A DNA stretch of 64,000 bases from an uncultured Alphaproteobacteria bacterium (GCA_947053455.1 CAMRSV010000002.1:1-64000); one strand, 5' to 3'; counted from the first letter of the stretch, positions 9,936 to 20,635 are shown. Numbers and translations: made by a program. Notes: a model not told the origin generated them from the letters alone.

Positions 9936-10262
9936 ATGGCTGCATTAACAATGAAGGCATGGCAAATCGGACAGGCATTAAAATATGCACGCAAGAGCAT
10001 ATCTATGCTGCACGATGATACGGCGCGTATGCTAAAAATAACACGCGAAGAACTAACATTATTTGAAAATGGCGAGGTTGAAATCCCAAAGCACATATTG
10101 GAAACGATATTTGCCCTGGGGCTGATGATGATGCACACACGCGCAATGCAGGTGGATTATCATCACATGGCGCGCCAATGGCGACATATGCATACCAAGG
10201 TGATTGACCTGCAGAAAAAGGTGCAAAAAATTGATAACACGCCAAATCCTGCGTTGCAGTAA
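9936..10262 (+). CDS. XRE-family HTH protein with C-terminal coiled coil
   Basis: IGQALKYARKSISM...TARMLKITREELTLFENGE; SD GGAG. Confidence 0.8.
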   Translation: MAALTMKAWQIGQALKYARKSISMLHDDTARMLKITREELTLFENGEVEIPKHILETIFALGLMMMHTRAMQVDYHHMARQWRHMHTKVIDLQKKVQKIDNTPNPALQ

Positions 10263-10288
10263 AAATATCGCCCCATTCGGGGCGGTTT

Positions 10289-12127
10289 TTATTTCAAAAT
10301 GAAATGTACACTATACTGCGGCTTTTTATCCGGCCCCAGCGCCGCGCGAACAACCTTGTTCGACGCGACCTGCACCGCACGGGTCAAATTATCACGGTCT
10401 TTGCGTTCAGATTTGGTTAGCGCATCTATTGCCTTGGTAATTTCAATCTGAATCTGACGCTTCATAAACCCGGTGTCGTCGGTTTCAAAGATACCGGCAC
10501 TGGACACCTCCGGCGTGCCTTTTAAGAATCCGCGCTTGTCCACGGGTAATGTTACAAACACAGCGCCGTTGGTCGCAATTTTCTTGCGGTTCTTGTACAC
10601 CTGGTCATTTGCGCTGCGTTCGGTTTCGCCCTCCATAACGACAAAACCAGTTTCGATTGTTTCACTAACATATGGTTCTGCGCCATCGCCCAGGGCAACC
10701 ATTTCACCGTTGTGAACAACCATCATGAATTTTGCACCGCCGCGTTCCATCGCCATTTTACCGTTCAACATTTCGTTGATATAATCGCCGTGCATCGGAA
10801 CGGACACCTGGGGGTGCACCATGTCATAAAAACGTTCCAATTCTGGGCGGCCGGCGTGCCCACTGGCATGCAAATGGTCTGTATCAAATATCGTGTGCGT
10901 TTTGATACCCATACGCGCCAGTTTATTATACAGGTACGAAACATCCTGTTCGCGTCCCGGGATAATGATAGAACTAAACAAAACCGTATCTGTCGGTTGC
11001 AGTTTCATTTCCTTTACATGACCGCGGCAAAGACGTGTCAACATTGCAAACTGTTCCCCTTGGGACCCGGTTAAGAATATTGCTTGCTTTTCTGCCGGTA
11101 AATCCTTTATTTCACTGAACAAATACACATCATCTTTGTTCAAGTAGCCCATTTCGATTCCCATTTCACGAAATTCCGGCAATCCAACATACGGTACCGG
11201 GTTCGGATTACTGCGCTCCTTTATCGCGGCGACGCGACCGGCGGCGTGGGCGGCCTCGGCAAACATTTTCATGCGTGCAATCGAACGTGAATAGCCCGTC
11301 ACAATAACGCGTCCCGGCGCATTTTTCATTAGTTCTGTAAAGGTATCACGAACCTCTATCTCGGTCGTTTGTTTTGATTGGCGCGATGCGGATGTTGAAT
11401 CACACATACAGGCCAATAATTTTGGGTCAGACCCTATTTCACGCAGACGCGCAAAGTCTGTCGGAATTTCAACCGGATTATCATCGTTGAATGTCCAGTC
11501 ACCCGTATGCAAAATCTTGCCAGCGGGCGTCTTGATGATTAACATCTGCGCCTCTGGGATTGAGTGCGTGACATGGAATGTTTCAACTTCAAACGGTGCC
11601 AAATCCAACGTGGCGCCATTATGGTCAAATTCAACAATGTCCTTTTTCGGATTAAAGTCCAATTCAATTCCACGGAATGTTTCGCGCAAAATCTTCGCCG
11701 GAAAACGCGTGCAATAAATCGGCTTTCTAAATTTCGGCCAAATATATTTTAGCGCCCCAATATGGTCTTCGTGACCGTGTGTTATTACAAAACCAACAAC
11801 ATCCTTCTTGCGCTTTTCCAACCATGTCGTATCGCAGTATTGAACGTCACCGGCGCCGATTTCCTCTTCTAAAAAGCCCATGCCGCAATCAACGACCAAA
11901 TATTTGCCCTTGTATTTATAGACATACATGTTCTGGCCGACATGTTCCAATCCGCCCAGCGCCATAAAATAAATCTTTTCATCGTTTTTATCACCCTCGT
12001 GGGCGGGCACATTGGCTATTTTTGTTGGCTTTTTCGGGGCTGTGCCATTTGCCTGTTTCTTTGGTGCGTCCGGCCGTGGTGCCGCCACAGACGCAGGCGC
12101 ATCTTTCTTTTCTCTAACTTTTACCAT
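10289..12127 (-). CDS. rnj: Ribonuclease J
   Basis: ALGGLEHVGQNM, THGHEDHIG, HSIPE, GSQGE, HASGH, PMHG. Confidence 0.95.
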   Translation of the reverse strand: MVKVREKKDAPASVAAPRPDAPKKQANGTAPKKPTKIANVPAHEGDKNDEKIYFMALGGLEHVGQNMYVYKYKGKYLVVDCGMGFLEEEIGAGDVQYCDTTWLEKRKKDVVGFVITHGHEDHIGALKYIWPKFRKPIYCTRFPAKILRETFRGIELDFNPKKDIVEFDHNGATLDLAPFEVETFHVTHSIPEAQMLIIKTPAGKILHTGDWTFNDDNPVEIPTDFARLREIGSDPKLLACMCDSTSASRQSKQTTEIEVRDTFTELMKNAPGRVIVTGYSRSIARMKMFAEAAHAAGRVAAIKERSNPNPVPYVGLPEFREMGIEMGYLNKDDVYLFSEIKDLPAEKQAIFLTGSQGEQFAMLTRLCRGHVKEMKLQPTDTVLFSSIIIPGREQDVSYLYNKLARMGIKTHTIFDTDHLHASGHAGRPELERFYDMVHPQVSVPMHGDYINEMLNGKMAMERGGAKFMMVVHNGEMVALGDGAEPYVSETIETGFVVMEGETERSANDQVYKNRKKIATNGAVFVTLPVDKRGFLKGTPEVSSAGIFETDDTGFMKRQIQIEITKAIDALTKSERKDRDNLTRAVQVASNKVVRAALGPDKKPQYSVHFILK

Positions 12128-12371
12128 TTACATATCCTTTGCTTATGGTTCAACATTTGCGCAGCCGCCAAATTCATTGCCAATAAAGAAAATTTCTTTA
12201 TTCGTAGTGAATCCGCGGCCACGCGGCAACGCCCCACAGGGTAAATTTTATTTTTAATACACTTGGGGACTTTATTTTGACGCAACGCGGCGTCTAAATT
12301 TACACATCACATTTAATGATACTATTTTATCGGCTAAATGCAAGAAAAAACGCCCCAAACTGGGGCGAATA

Positions 12372-12713
12372 TCATGATTTCTTCCAAAATGCGAATCCGC
12401 GGCGCGGTTTTTCTTCGCGCGACTTGCGATCCTGGGTTTCGCGGCGGCGTTCCGCACGACGTTCGTGGAAACGACGGGCTGATTCCTCGTCACGCTGAAT
12501 TAATTCCAATTCAACAACGGATAATTTATCGTTGCGTACCTCTTCTGTGAAAGAAACAATATCGTTTTCATTCAAAAATCTGATGCCGGCAGCCTTTAAC
12601 GCACTGGAATGAACAAATACATCATCCGTATTACCATTTTCGTTCGGCGCATCTGGTGTAATAAACCCGAAGCATTTCTTGCCATTGTACCATTTTACTT
12701 TTCCTTGACGCAT
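12372..12713 (-). CDS. Cold-shock domain protein with charged C-terminal tail
   Basis: GKVKWYN..K.FGFITP...DVFVHSSAL (RNP1/RNP2). Confidence 0.9.
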   Translation of the reverse strand: MRQGKVKWYNGKKCFGFITPDAPNENGNTDDVFVHSSALKAAGIRFLNENDIVSFTEEVRNDKLSVVELELIQRDEESARRFHERRAERRRETQDRKSREEKPRRGFAFWKKS

Positions 12714-12887
12714 AATCGTGTCCTTATGTTATGCTGGTTATGGTTCCGTGAAACATCCCGAAACCTGATTTAATTGTGACGAAATCGTCTCTCAAAAGCA
12801 AGCAAATAAGCGTGGCCGGCAATAGTTTGATTTCCTAGGAAAATCGCGGTTGCAAACAAAAAAATACGCCGCATGGCGTATTTTTTA

Positions 12888-14291
12888 TCACTTTTTATAA
12901 TAGCGCTGAATTTCCTTCATTACAAAGTTAAACAACTTTCCCGCCATGTTATCGGCCGGAACCTGCCAGTCATTTTCGTTATAAGGCATCGCCGCCACCA
13001 GTATAAATTCGGTCATAAATCTAAATATCTCATACTTCTGGGCGGGCGTCAGTTTTGATGGCGCGTTTGTTATATCAAATATTTCGTTTTTTATCGCATC
13101 ATCAAGCTTGGCCATTATGCGTTCGACAACATTTGTTGGATAATGCATGGCGCATTTTTTCGGAAATCCGTCAAACATGCTGGTATTGCCGCCCTGGCTG
13201 TAGAGAATATTCCAGCCAACGCGTTCAAACAATTCCCCCAAACACCGGCAAACCATCAAGTTATATTCTTTCGTTCCAATATTGTGTATCGCCGCGACAT
13301 CAATATCACCCGGCGCTTCATTTTTGCCACGAACCGTTTCATATTTGGCATGCGTTTGCTTTTCAAATTCGAAAAACGTACGCACTTGGCATATGATTTC
13401 CATGGGGACAACCATATCTGCGGTGCCAATATTTATAACCAGTTTCGCATCACGATAATTACGCGGATTATCAATATTATAAAAATCATCGCGCACGGAC
13501 AAAATACGTTCCGGCATCATTTCACGCACCCGTTCGATAAAGGTGCGCGCTTGGGGCACCAAATCAAACAGGCATTTCACGCGCCACACATCCTGCAGGC
13601 GCATACGCGGCCGCTTTACCTTATCCAGGGCACGAACCAATTCAACTGCGATATTTTCATGTCCACGTCCAATAAGCGACAAAACCGTTTCAGACGGGGT
13701 TGATGTATATTTTTCATTCAGTTTTTTACGTATTTTGTTCGAAATCGCCTGGGCGGATGCCTCGCGGTCATGCGATGCGATTACACGATATACGGTATCG
13801 CAAACCTCGTCCACGTATTTCGAATAATATTTTCCTGTAATTTTATCCAGTGCCCTGTCCACTTTTTTCTGGGCACCGACAATTACCGTGACAATAGATG
13901 ACACAGCCAGGTTAATTTTATGACCGCGCCCGCTGGTAAAAAACTGATTACGCATCGGGTCCATATCCAAACGATGATTAACAATATATGGAAACAACGG
14001 ATTAATATCGACAATCGTCATTGCGTCACCAACCGCAGAATCGGTTGCATAATCATATTGACGCACCGACGATTTGGGCGCACCAAAGCACTTTCCCAGA
14101 AAGAAAAACACTTCACGCAGCCATTCCATACCATCGCGATAAAGTATCGACATGTACTTTGCGGCATCGTCATTAATACGGCCGGATGCACGCGCAGCCT
14201 CTATTGCGGCTAAATTTTTTTGGTCATTTTCGCGTGTTATATCAAATGCATAGTTTTCCGGCCACGGTCGTGGCATATATGTTTTGTTCAT
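12888..14291 (-). CDS. Protein with a putative RelA/SpoT-like nucleotidyltransferase core
   Basis: KKVDRALDKI ... LQDVWRVK ... RNYRDAKL ... MEIICQVRT follows the K..K / D..R / YR / EIQxRT order of RelA_SpoT synthetase domains. Confidence 0.5.
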   Translation of the reverse strand: MNKTYMPRPWPENYAFDITRENDQKNLAAIEAARASGRINDDAAKYMSILYRDGMEWLREVFFFLGKCFGAPKSSVRQYDYATDSAVGDAMTIVDINPLFPYIVNHRLDMDPMRNQFFTSGRGHKINLAVSSIVTVIVGAQKKVDRALDKITGKYYSKYVDEVCDTVYRVIASHDREASAQAISNKIRKKLNEKYTSTPSETVLSLIGRGHENIAVELVRALDKVKRPRMRLQDVWRVKCLFDLVPQARTFIERVREMMPERILSVRDDFYNIDNPRNYRDAKLVINIGTADMVVPMEIICQVRTFFEFEKQTHAKYETVRGKNEAPGDIDVAAIHNIGTKEYNLMVCRCLGELFERVGWNILYSQGGNTSMFDGFPKKCAMHYPTNVVERIMAKLDDAIKNEIFDITNAPSKLTPAQKYEIFRFMTEFILVAAMPYNENDWQVPADNMAGKLFNFVMKEIQRYYKK

Positions 14292-14304
14292 GTCAAATCA
14301 TCCG

Positions 14305-15771
14305 TTATTTCATTATTGGGAATAATATAACGTCACGCAACGTCGGCGCATCCGCGATGATGGAAAAGAATCTGTCAATCCCCAGCCCCAGACCTGAAAT
14401 CGGCGGCATACCGTGTTCCATCGCCCGCAGAAAATCTTCGTCGACATCAAACGCTTCGTCGTCGCCGGCGGCTTTATTTTTCGCCTGCTCTTCAAATGCG
14501 GCACGTTGTACAATCGGGTCGACCAATTCTGAATATGCCTTTATCAATTCCGCCCCGCATACAATCAGCTGGAATATATCAATACGGCGGCTATCATTGT
14601 TATTACGCCGCGCCAACGGTATCAAATACGCCGGATAATTATGCACAATCGCGGGTTGTATGATTTGGTCGCGTATTTTGCGCTTGAACACATAATCGAC
14701 AATCGCGGGGACAGACTTTAACGGTTCTAGTTCATCGGCGCCGAACATACCCGCCGAAACCAATTGCGCCTTTAATGCATCGGTATCCTTGAATTCTAGA
14801 ATATCAACCCCCAGCAAATCATTCATGCGCGCGGTGTAATCGATTTCTTCGTACTTTGAAAAATCAAGTTTCTGACCTTGATACTCAATCTGCAGAGTGC
14901 CACGCAAATCCATGATAATTTTTTGAATCATGCGCCATGAAAAATCAATATTCATGTGATAATCCCAATATGCCGCATACCATTCCAGCATGGTAAATTC
15001 CTGCAGGTGCATGGCATCCATGCCTTCGTTGCGGAAATTCTTGCCCAGTTCATACACGCGGTCAAAGCCGGCGGCAATTGTCTGCTTTAAGAACAATTCC
15101 GGTGCAATTCGCAGATAAAAATCCGCATCCAACGCATTGTGATGGGTCACAAACGGGCGCGCGGCGGCACCACTGGCAACAACCTGCATGATGGGGGTTT
15201 CCACCTCTACAAAACCGTTATCGTTTAGATATTCACGTATCAGGCGCAGCATGCGGAAACGCATTTTCATTGTGCGGCGTGTGTCTTCGTTTGATATTAT
15301 ATCCAAATAACGCTGGCGATATCTGGTTTCCATATCGGTCAGGCCATGAAACTTTTCCGGCAACGGACGCAGTGCTTTTGATAAAATGTCATACTTTGCG
15401 ACCTTTACCGTTAGTTCGCCCGCCGTCGTGTGGTATATTTCACCATCAATTCCGATAAAGTCACCCAAATCGACATTGGATTTCATAAACTTATACTGTT
15501 CCTCGCCCAGTTCTTCGCGTGACATAGAAAACTGAATTTCGCCATCAATATCATATATGCGACCAAACATCAGTTTACCCAACCACCGCAATGCGGTCAC
15601 ACGACCCGCAATTTTGACATGCGCACCATCGGCCAATTCGCGTGCAGCCACAATCGTATGCGTGCGGTCAAATTTATCCTTCCATACGACACCGTCACGG
15701 GCGCGGATATTTTCCGCCTTTTGCAGGCGGGCTTCCAATTCATTGCTAGACAAGGTTGTGTTTTCAGACAT
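14305..15771 (-). CDS. lysS: Lysine--tRNA ligase, class II
   Basis: OB fold, RYRQRYLD, YLRIAPEL, FRNEG, GMPPISGLGLGIDR. Confidence 0.97.
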   Translation of the reverse strand: MSENTTLSSNELEARLQKAENIRARDGVVWKDKFDRTHTIVAARELADGAHVKIAGRVTALRWLGKLMFGRIYDIDGEIQFSMSREELGEEQYKFMKSNVDLGDFIGIDGEIYHTTAGELTVKVAKYDILSKALRPLPEKFHGLTDMETRYRQRYLDIISNEDTRRTMKMRFRMLRLIREYLNDNGFVEVETPIMQVVASGAAARPFVTHHNALDADFYLRIAPELFLKQTIAAGFDRVYELGKNFRNEGMDAMHLQEFTMLEWYAAYWDYHMNIDFSWRMIQKIIMDLRGTLQIEYQGQKLDFSKYEEIDYTARMNDLLGVDILEFKDTDALKAQLVSAGMFGADELEPLKSVPAIVDYVFKRKIRDQIIQPAIVHNYPAYLIPLARRNNNDSRRIDIFQLIVCGAELIKAYSELVDPIVQRAAFEEQAKNKAAGDDEAFDVDEDFLRAMEHGMPPISGLGLGIDRFFSIIADAPTLRDVILFPIMK

Positions 15772-15793
15772 TTTCTTTCCCCTGGTTTAATCT

Positions 15794-15877
15794 AAAAAAC
15801 GGACGCATAAAAAGTGCGTCCGTCATGAATTCTGATGGTCGCACATGCGTTTATAAAAATTTTTTCAAATTTAACAT
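15794..15877 (-). promoter_or_regulatory. Putative lysS attenuator: leader peptide MLNLKKFL plus terminator
   Basis: ATG TTA AAT TTG AAA AAA TTT TTA TAA (15877-15851), then ACGGACGCA..TGCGTCCGT-TTTTT before the lysS SD. Confidence 0.55.
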
Positions 15878-16023
15878 AAGCCTGTGTATTTACCTTTTAA
15901 GTCGGCTAATATTATGACGAAAAAATATAAAAAGTAAAGGATTATTTATCGGACTATAATACTAATGATTATTCCACAGGAATTATTAAAATGCCCTTTG
16001 TCTTTTATAAGGAGTCAGAGCCC

Positions 16024-16773
16024 ATGACAAATCGGCATAAGAAAATAATATATATATGCGCCGCGGTCGCAGTTTTGGCGATAATAATATTTATCATAAC
16101 ACGTTATATTATATCGCAACGCCCGTTTGTATATGCGGGCACACTTGAAACAACCAAGGTAATTGTTTCCGCACGTGTTGCCAGCGATATTTCACACATC
16201 ACCGTATCCGAAGGTGACACTGTATCCACCGGCGACGTTATAGTGGAACTATCATGCGATACATACAAAATTTTGGCGCGCCAAATTGACAACGACTATA
16301 ACCGGGCGACAGCTCTGTTGGACAAAGGTCATCTGTCCCAGGCAGAATATGATATACTTGCCCGCAACAAACAGGACAATGACCTAAAACTGACCTGGTG
16401 CCAGGTTGCCGCCCCAATAGACGGAATGGTTACAAATAAATTCCGCGAAGTTGGTGAAATCGTCGCACCGGGCGCGGCCATGTTTTCAATTTCAAATCCG
16501 TATGATATATGGGCATATTTTTATGTGCCGTATGAAATGCTGCACAAACTTCGCGTCGGACAAATTGTTACCGGCACCCTGCCAGAGGCGCCCGACATGT
16601 CTTTCCCCGGACGTATTATAAAAATCAGCGAAGAAGCCGAATTTACCCCGAAAAATGTTCAAACACGCGAAGAAAGAACCCGCCTGGTCTATGGGATAAA
16701 AGTGCAATTTAAAAACCCGGATTTAATATTGAAATCCGGCATGACAATAGAGAGCACACTGCTTGATGAATAG
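16024..16773 (+). CDS. HlyD/YbhG-like membrane fusion protein
   Basis: TM anchor, VSEGDTVSTGD, APIDG, AEFTPKNVQTREERTRLVY. Confidence 0.92.
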   Translation: MTNRHKKIIYICAAVAVLAIIIFIITRYIISQRPFVYAGTLETTKVIVSARVASDISHITVSEGDTVSTGDVIVELSCDTYKILARQIDNDYNRATALLDKGHLSQAEYDILARNKQDNDLKLTWCQVAAPIDGMVTNKFREVGEIVAPGAAMFSISNPYDIWAYFYVPYEMLHKLRVGQIVTGTLPEAPDMSFPGRIIKISEEAEFTPKNVQTREERTRLVYGIKVQFKNPDLILKSGMTIESTLLDE

Positions 16774-17500
16774 CAAAATTGAAATAAACATATCCGACGT
16801 GTCAAAGGCGTTTCGTCTGACGCCTGCATTACGCAATGCGTCAATGCGCTTTCATGATGCGACCATTTACGGCCTGATTGGGCCGGCAGGTGCGGGAAAA
16901 ACGACACTGTTTCGATTGATGCTGAATCTGATGAAATGCGACACGGGCAAAATCACATACCGCGCCGAAAACCGCGACACAACATTTGAACAAATACGTG
17001 AACGCATCGCATACATGCCGCAAAGCCAGAGTTTGTACGCCGACCTATCTGTTGATGAACATTTGGATTTCTTTAGGCAACTTTATGGAATAAACGACCG
17101 CGAGTACAAGAAAAAGAAAAATGAATTGTTACATCTGGCGCGGCTGGATAAATTTTTGACGCGGCCGGCTGGGAAACTTTCGGGCGGAATGTATAAAAAA
17201 CTGGGGCTGATATGCGCACTGCTGCGGTCACCAGAAATAATGATACTTGACGAGCCCACCAATGGCGTCGACCCGATAAGTCGCCGCGAATTCTGGGAAT
17301 TGCTGCACGATGCACAGACGCGCGGAATCATGATTATTTTAAGCACAGCATACATGGACGAAGCCGAACGATGCGATGAAGTCATTTTAATGGAACAAGG
17401 CCGCATTCTGGATACTGGCGAGCCGAAATCTTTGCTGATAAAAAACGGGGCGAAAAATTTTGACGATGTATTTTTAATGCGCGGAGGTGAAAAAAAATGA
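16766..17500 (+). CDS. ABC transporter ATP-binding protein (YbhF N-half-like)
   Basis: GPAGAGKTT, LSGGM, LDEPTNGVDP. Confidence 0.93.
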   Translation: MNSKIEINISDVSKAFRLTPALRNASMRFHDATIYGLIGPAGAGKTTLFRLMLNLMKCDTGKITYRAENRDTTFEQIRERIAYMPQSQSLYADLSVDEHLDFFRQLYGINDREYKKKKNELLHLARLDKFLTRPAGKLSGGMYKKLGLICALLRSPEIMILDEPTNGVDPISRREFWELLHDAQTRGIMIILSTAYMDEAERCDEVILMEQGRILDTGEPKSLLIKNGAKNFDDVFLMRGGEKK

Positions 17501-18408
17501 AAGACGCAATTGTCGACGTGAAAAATCTGTTTGTGCGCTTTGGTGATTTTGTTGCGGTACGCGATGTATCATTTACTGTTTCACGCGGAACAATTTTTGG
17601 TTTCCTGGGGGCGAATGGTGCGGGAAAAACAACAACGATACGCGTGCTGTGTGGCCTACTGCCGGCATCGGATGGACGCGTAATAATTGATGGAATTGAA
17701 TTTACGCCCAAACACGCAAATGACATAAAATCGCGCGTCGGATATATGTCCCAGCGATTTACGCTATATGATGACCTATCCGTTGCGGAAAATTTTGACT
17801 TTGCGGCCGCATTGCGCGACATACCACATGACACATACATGGCGCAACGCGAAAAACTGCTGAACTTTATCAAATTCAACCATTCGCCAAAACAAATCGT
17901 CAAAAGTTTGCCCGGTGGCATAAAACAGGAAGTTGCACTTTGTGTTGCATTGTTACACGACCCGGAAATAATATTTTTAGATGAACCAACGGCCGGTGTT
18001 GCACCGGCGGCCCGCAAGAGATTCTGGGAATTGATACGCGAACTGGCCGCGCATGGAAAAACGGTATTCGTCACAACCCACTACATGGACGAAGCGGAAA
18101 ACTGCGACCGTATCGCATTGATGCGCGCCGGCGAAATAATCGCATCGGAATCGCCAAAAAATCTGAAACACCAGACATTCGGCGACACCCTTTACAACTT
18201 TACGCCACGCGTAAAAAATCCGATTATGCCGCCAAGTGAAATACTGGACATAATGGAACCATACGGCCGTCATTATCACATCAGATTTCGTGACGGGATC
18301 AACGCAAGCGCACAAATAAAAAAATTCCGTACGGATTTCGAAATAAAAAAAATATCGCCATCGCTGGAAGATGTGTTCATCCGCCTGGTCGAGGGACAAA
18401 ACCGATGA
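17497..18408 (+). CDS. ABC transporter ATP-binding protein (YbhF C-half-like)
   Basis: GANGAGKTT, LPGG, LDEPTAGV, TTHYMDEAE. Confidence 0.93.
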   Translation: MKDAIVDVKNLFVRFGDFVAVRDVSFTVSRGTIFGFLGANGAGKTTTIRVLCGLLPASDGRVIIDGIEFTPKHANDIKSRVGYMSQRFTLYDDLSVAENFDFAAALRDIPHDTYMAQREKLLNFIKFNHSPKQIVKSLPGGIKQEVALCVALLHDPEIIFLDEPTAGVAPAARKRFWELIRELAAHGKTVFVTTHYMDEAENCDRIALMRAGEIIASESPKNLKHQTFGDTLYNFTPRVKNPIMPPSEILDIMEPYGRHYHIRFRDGINASAQIKKFRTDFEIKKISPSLEDVFIRLVEGQNR

Positions 18409-19529
18409 AGAAATTTTCCGCGGCGCGTGCGCGCGCAATCTTTGCCAAAGAATTTAAGCACATTTTGCGCGATCCGTTCACATTGATAATGGCGGCTGCG
18501 CTGCCGCTGCTGATTGTGTTAATTCTAGGCAATTCAATCGAGTTTAACATACGGTCAATCAAAATGGGATATTTTGATGCCGACCAAACAACAAGTTCGC
18601 GACAACTTGTGGACGCATTCGGCAGTTCAAATTATTTCAAGCCATATAAAATCCCAACCCCGGACTACGGCTTTGATGACATATTGGCGGAACGGGCACG
18701 CGCGGTATTGGTTGTACCACCCAATTTTGAACGCGAAATGGCATCCGGCCGCACAGCCCACGCCCAGGTTATATTGGACGGCGCGGACAACTCGTCAATC
18801 ATGGCGATTATGAATTATATGGCCGCAATAAATAAAAATGCACAGCAAAAAATTAGTGGTATGCCGTCCTATATGACGCGCAATCCCCTGTCATTTAAGA
18901 CACGATATTTGTTCAATCCGGAATTAAATTCGCGCTGGTTTTCCGTGCCGGGACTGGCCGCCGTAATAATAGCATTGGTTGCGGTAATGCTGACCACACT
19001 AACAATATGCCGGGAATGGGAACGTGGGTCTATGGAAATGCTGCTATCCACACCGGCAACAACATTAGAAATCATACTGGGCAAGGTAACACCATATGCC
19101 ATTTTGAGCTTTATCGGATTTATACTGGTATTTGTTGTTGCACGTATCTTATTCGGGGTTCCATTCGTCGGCAGTTATATAATACTGATTCTGGCAACAA
19201 CGCTGTTTATAATCGGATACTTGTCAATGGGTCTGCTGATTTCCGTTTCAACACATAAGCAGGATGTCGCCATTCAATTTGCATGTATTGTCGGACTGTT
19301 GCCGGCATTGGTATTGTCGGGCTTTATATTTCCGGTTGAATACATGGGTCGCGGCTACCGCATTTTATCGGCAATATTTCCCGCCCGATTTTATATCGAT
19401 ATATCACGCGACCAATTCCTAAAAGGCAGCCATATCGGCGCCCTGTGGCCGTCGTTTGCCGCAATGGCGATAATCGCCGTTGTGATTTTAATTGCATGTA
19501 TAATTCGATTCAAAAGGAGTCTGGAATAA
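18405..19529 (+). CDS. ABC-2 permease (YbhS-like)
   Basis: KEFKHILRDP, FNPELNS, REWERGSME, LSGFIFP. Confidence 0.92.
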   Translation: MKKFSAARARAIFAKEFKHILRDPFTLIMAAALPLLIVLILGNSIEFNIRSIKMGYFDADQTTSSRQLVDAFGSSNYFKPYKIPTPDYGFDDILAERARAVLVVPPNFEREMASGRTAHAQVILDGADNSSIMAIMNYMAAINKNAQQKISGMPSYMTRNPLSFKTRYLFNPELNSRWFSVPGLAAVIIALVAVMLTTLTICREWERGSMEMLLSTPATTLEIILGKVTPYAILSFIGFILVFVVARILFGVPFVGSYIILILATTLFIIGYLSMGLLISVSTHKQDVAIQFACIVGLLPALVLSGFIFPVEYMGRGYRILSAIFPARFYIDISRDQFLKGSHIGALWPSFAAMAIIAVVILIACIIRFKRSLE

Positions 19530-20620
19530 TGCGACGCCTGCTGGGGTTTTTCAAAAAAGAAATTATTGCACTAGTGCGTGACCCGGTGTTGCTGATTGCG
19601 GTAATGATAATGCCCGCGGTACAATTGGTGGTATACAGCGGCGCCATCACGCTTGAGGCAAACAACCTGCGCCTGGCGGTGGATAGTGCACCAAATGATT
19701 TCATAATGGAAAAGATTTACAATCACGCGATTGGCTCTGGCTGGTTTGTGCGCGCACATGACACATCAGATGACTGTATTTCCAGCGTACAAAGCGGCCA
19801 CGCAGACGTTGCAATCGTTGCACCAAGTGATGGATTAACACGCGGCGCAATGCGCGGCGACGGCGAAATCCAAATTCTGATTGATTCAATGAATATTCTA
19901 AAAGCACAGAGTATCGAAGCCTATCTGCAAGGTGTGGTTTTATCCACAATGCGCGAATTAAATATGGCACCAAATGCCACTCCATTAGAGTTTGATTTGC
20001 GCATTTTATTCAACCCACAATTGAATACACGATGGTTTATGGTGCCGTCAATGATTGCAATTTTGGTATTTTTATCACTACTAATACTGATAACTATATC
20101 AATAACCAAGGAAAAGGAAAGCGGCACAATTGAAACCCTTGTGGCGGCGCCGGTATCAAAATACGATATTATTTTAGGTAAAGTTCTGCCGTATATTGCG
20201 GTTACTTTTTTAATAATGCTGTCAATTCTGTTGGTGGGATTGATTGTATTTAAGATACCATTTATCGGATCAGGATTTGCGTTTGTAATCGGTTATTTTA
20301 TGTTTTGCGTGCCGGCATCTGGAATTTCCGTATGGCTATCAGATTATACCCGCACCCAGCAGCAGGCGCTTTTGGGTGTTGTGATTGTGGCGTTCTTGAT
20401 GCTGATGCTGTCCGGGGCTATGATTCCTACGGAAAACATGCCGCGCCTGTTGCAATATATCAGTTACATAAACCCGTTAAGTCATTATGCATATATGGTT
20501 CGGAATATTATTTTAAAAGGTTCCGACATCGCGTATTTTTGCAAACAATGTGCATACATGCTGGCCGCGGGCACGCTAATATGGTTTTTCGCATTGCGGA
20601 AATTCAAAACAACCTTGTAA
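19529..20620 (+). CDS. ABC-2 permease (YbhR-like)
   Basis: KEIIALVRDP, KEKESGTIE, TQQQA, P.ENMP. Confidence 0.92.
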   Translation: MRRLLGFFKKEIIALVRDPVLLIAVMIMPAVQLVVYSGAITLEANNLRLAVDSAPNDFIMEKIYNHAIGSGWFVRAHDTSDDCISSVQSGHADVAIVAPSDGLTRGAMRGDGEIQILIDSMNILKAQSIEAYLQGVVLSTMRELNMAPNATPLEFDLRILFNPQLNTRWFMVPSMIAILVFLSLLILITISITKEKESGTIETLVAAPVSKYDIILGKVLPYIAVTFLIMLSILLVGLIVFKIPFIGSGFAFVIGYFMFCVPASGISVWLSDYTRTQQQALLGVVIVAFLMLMLSGAMIPTENMPRLLQYISYINPLSHYAYMVRNIILKGSDIAYFCKQCAYMLAAGTLIWFFALRKFKTTL

Positions 20621-20635
20621 TACGGTAACGAACTT

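Noticed and set aside
8772-10262. Prophage or integrative element (integrase + repressor)
   Set aside because: The recombinase has XerC signatures and is coupled to the trpS-SIMPL operon; no att repeats or phage genes are visible.
16766-18408. Frameshifted single ybhF gene
   Set aside because: The two ATPases overlap ATGA-style and the second has a strong SD (GGAGGTG), consistent with two genuine genes.
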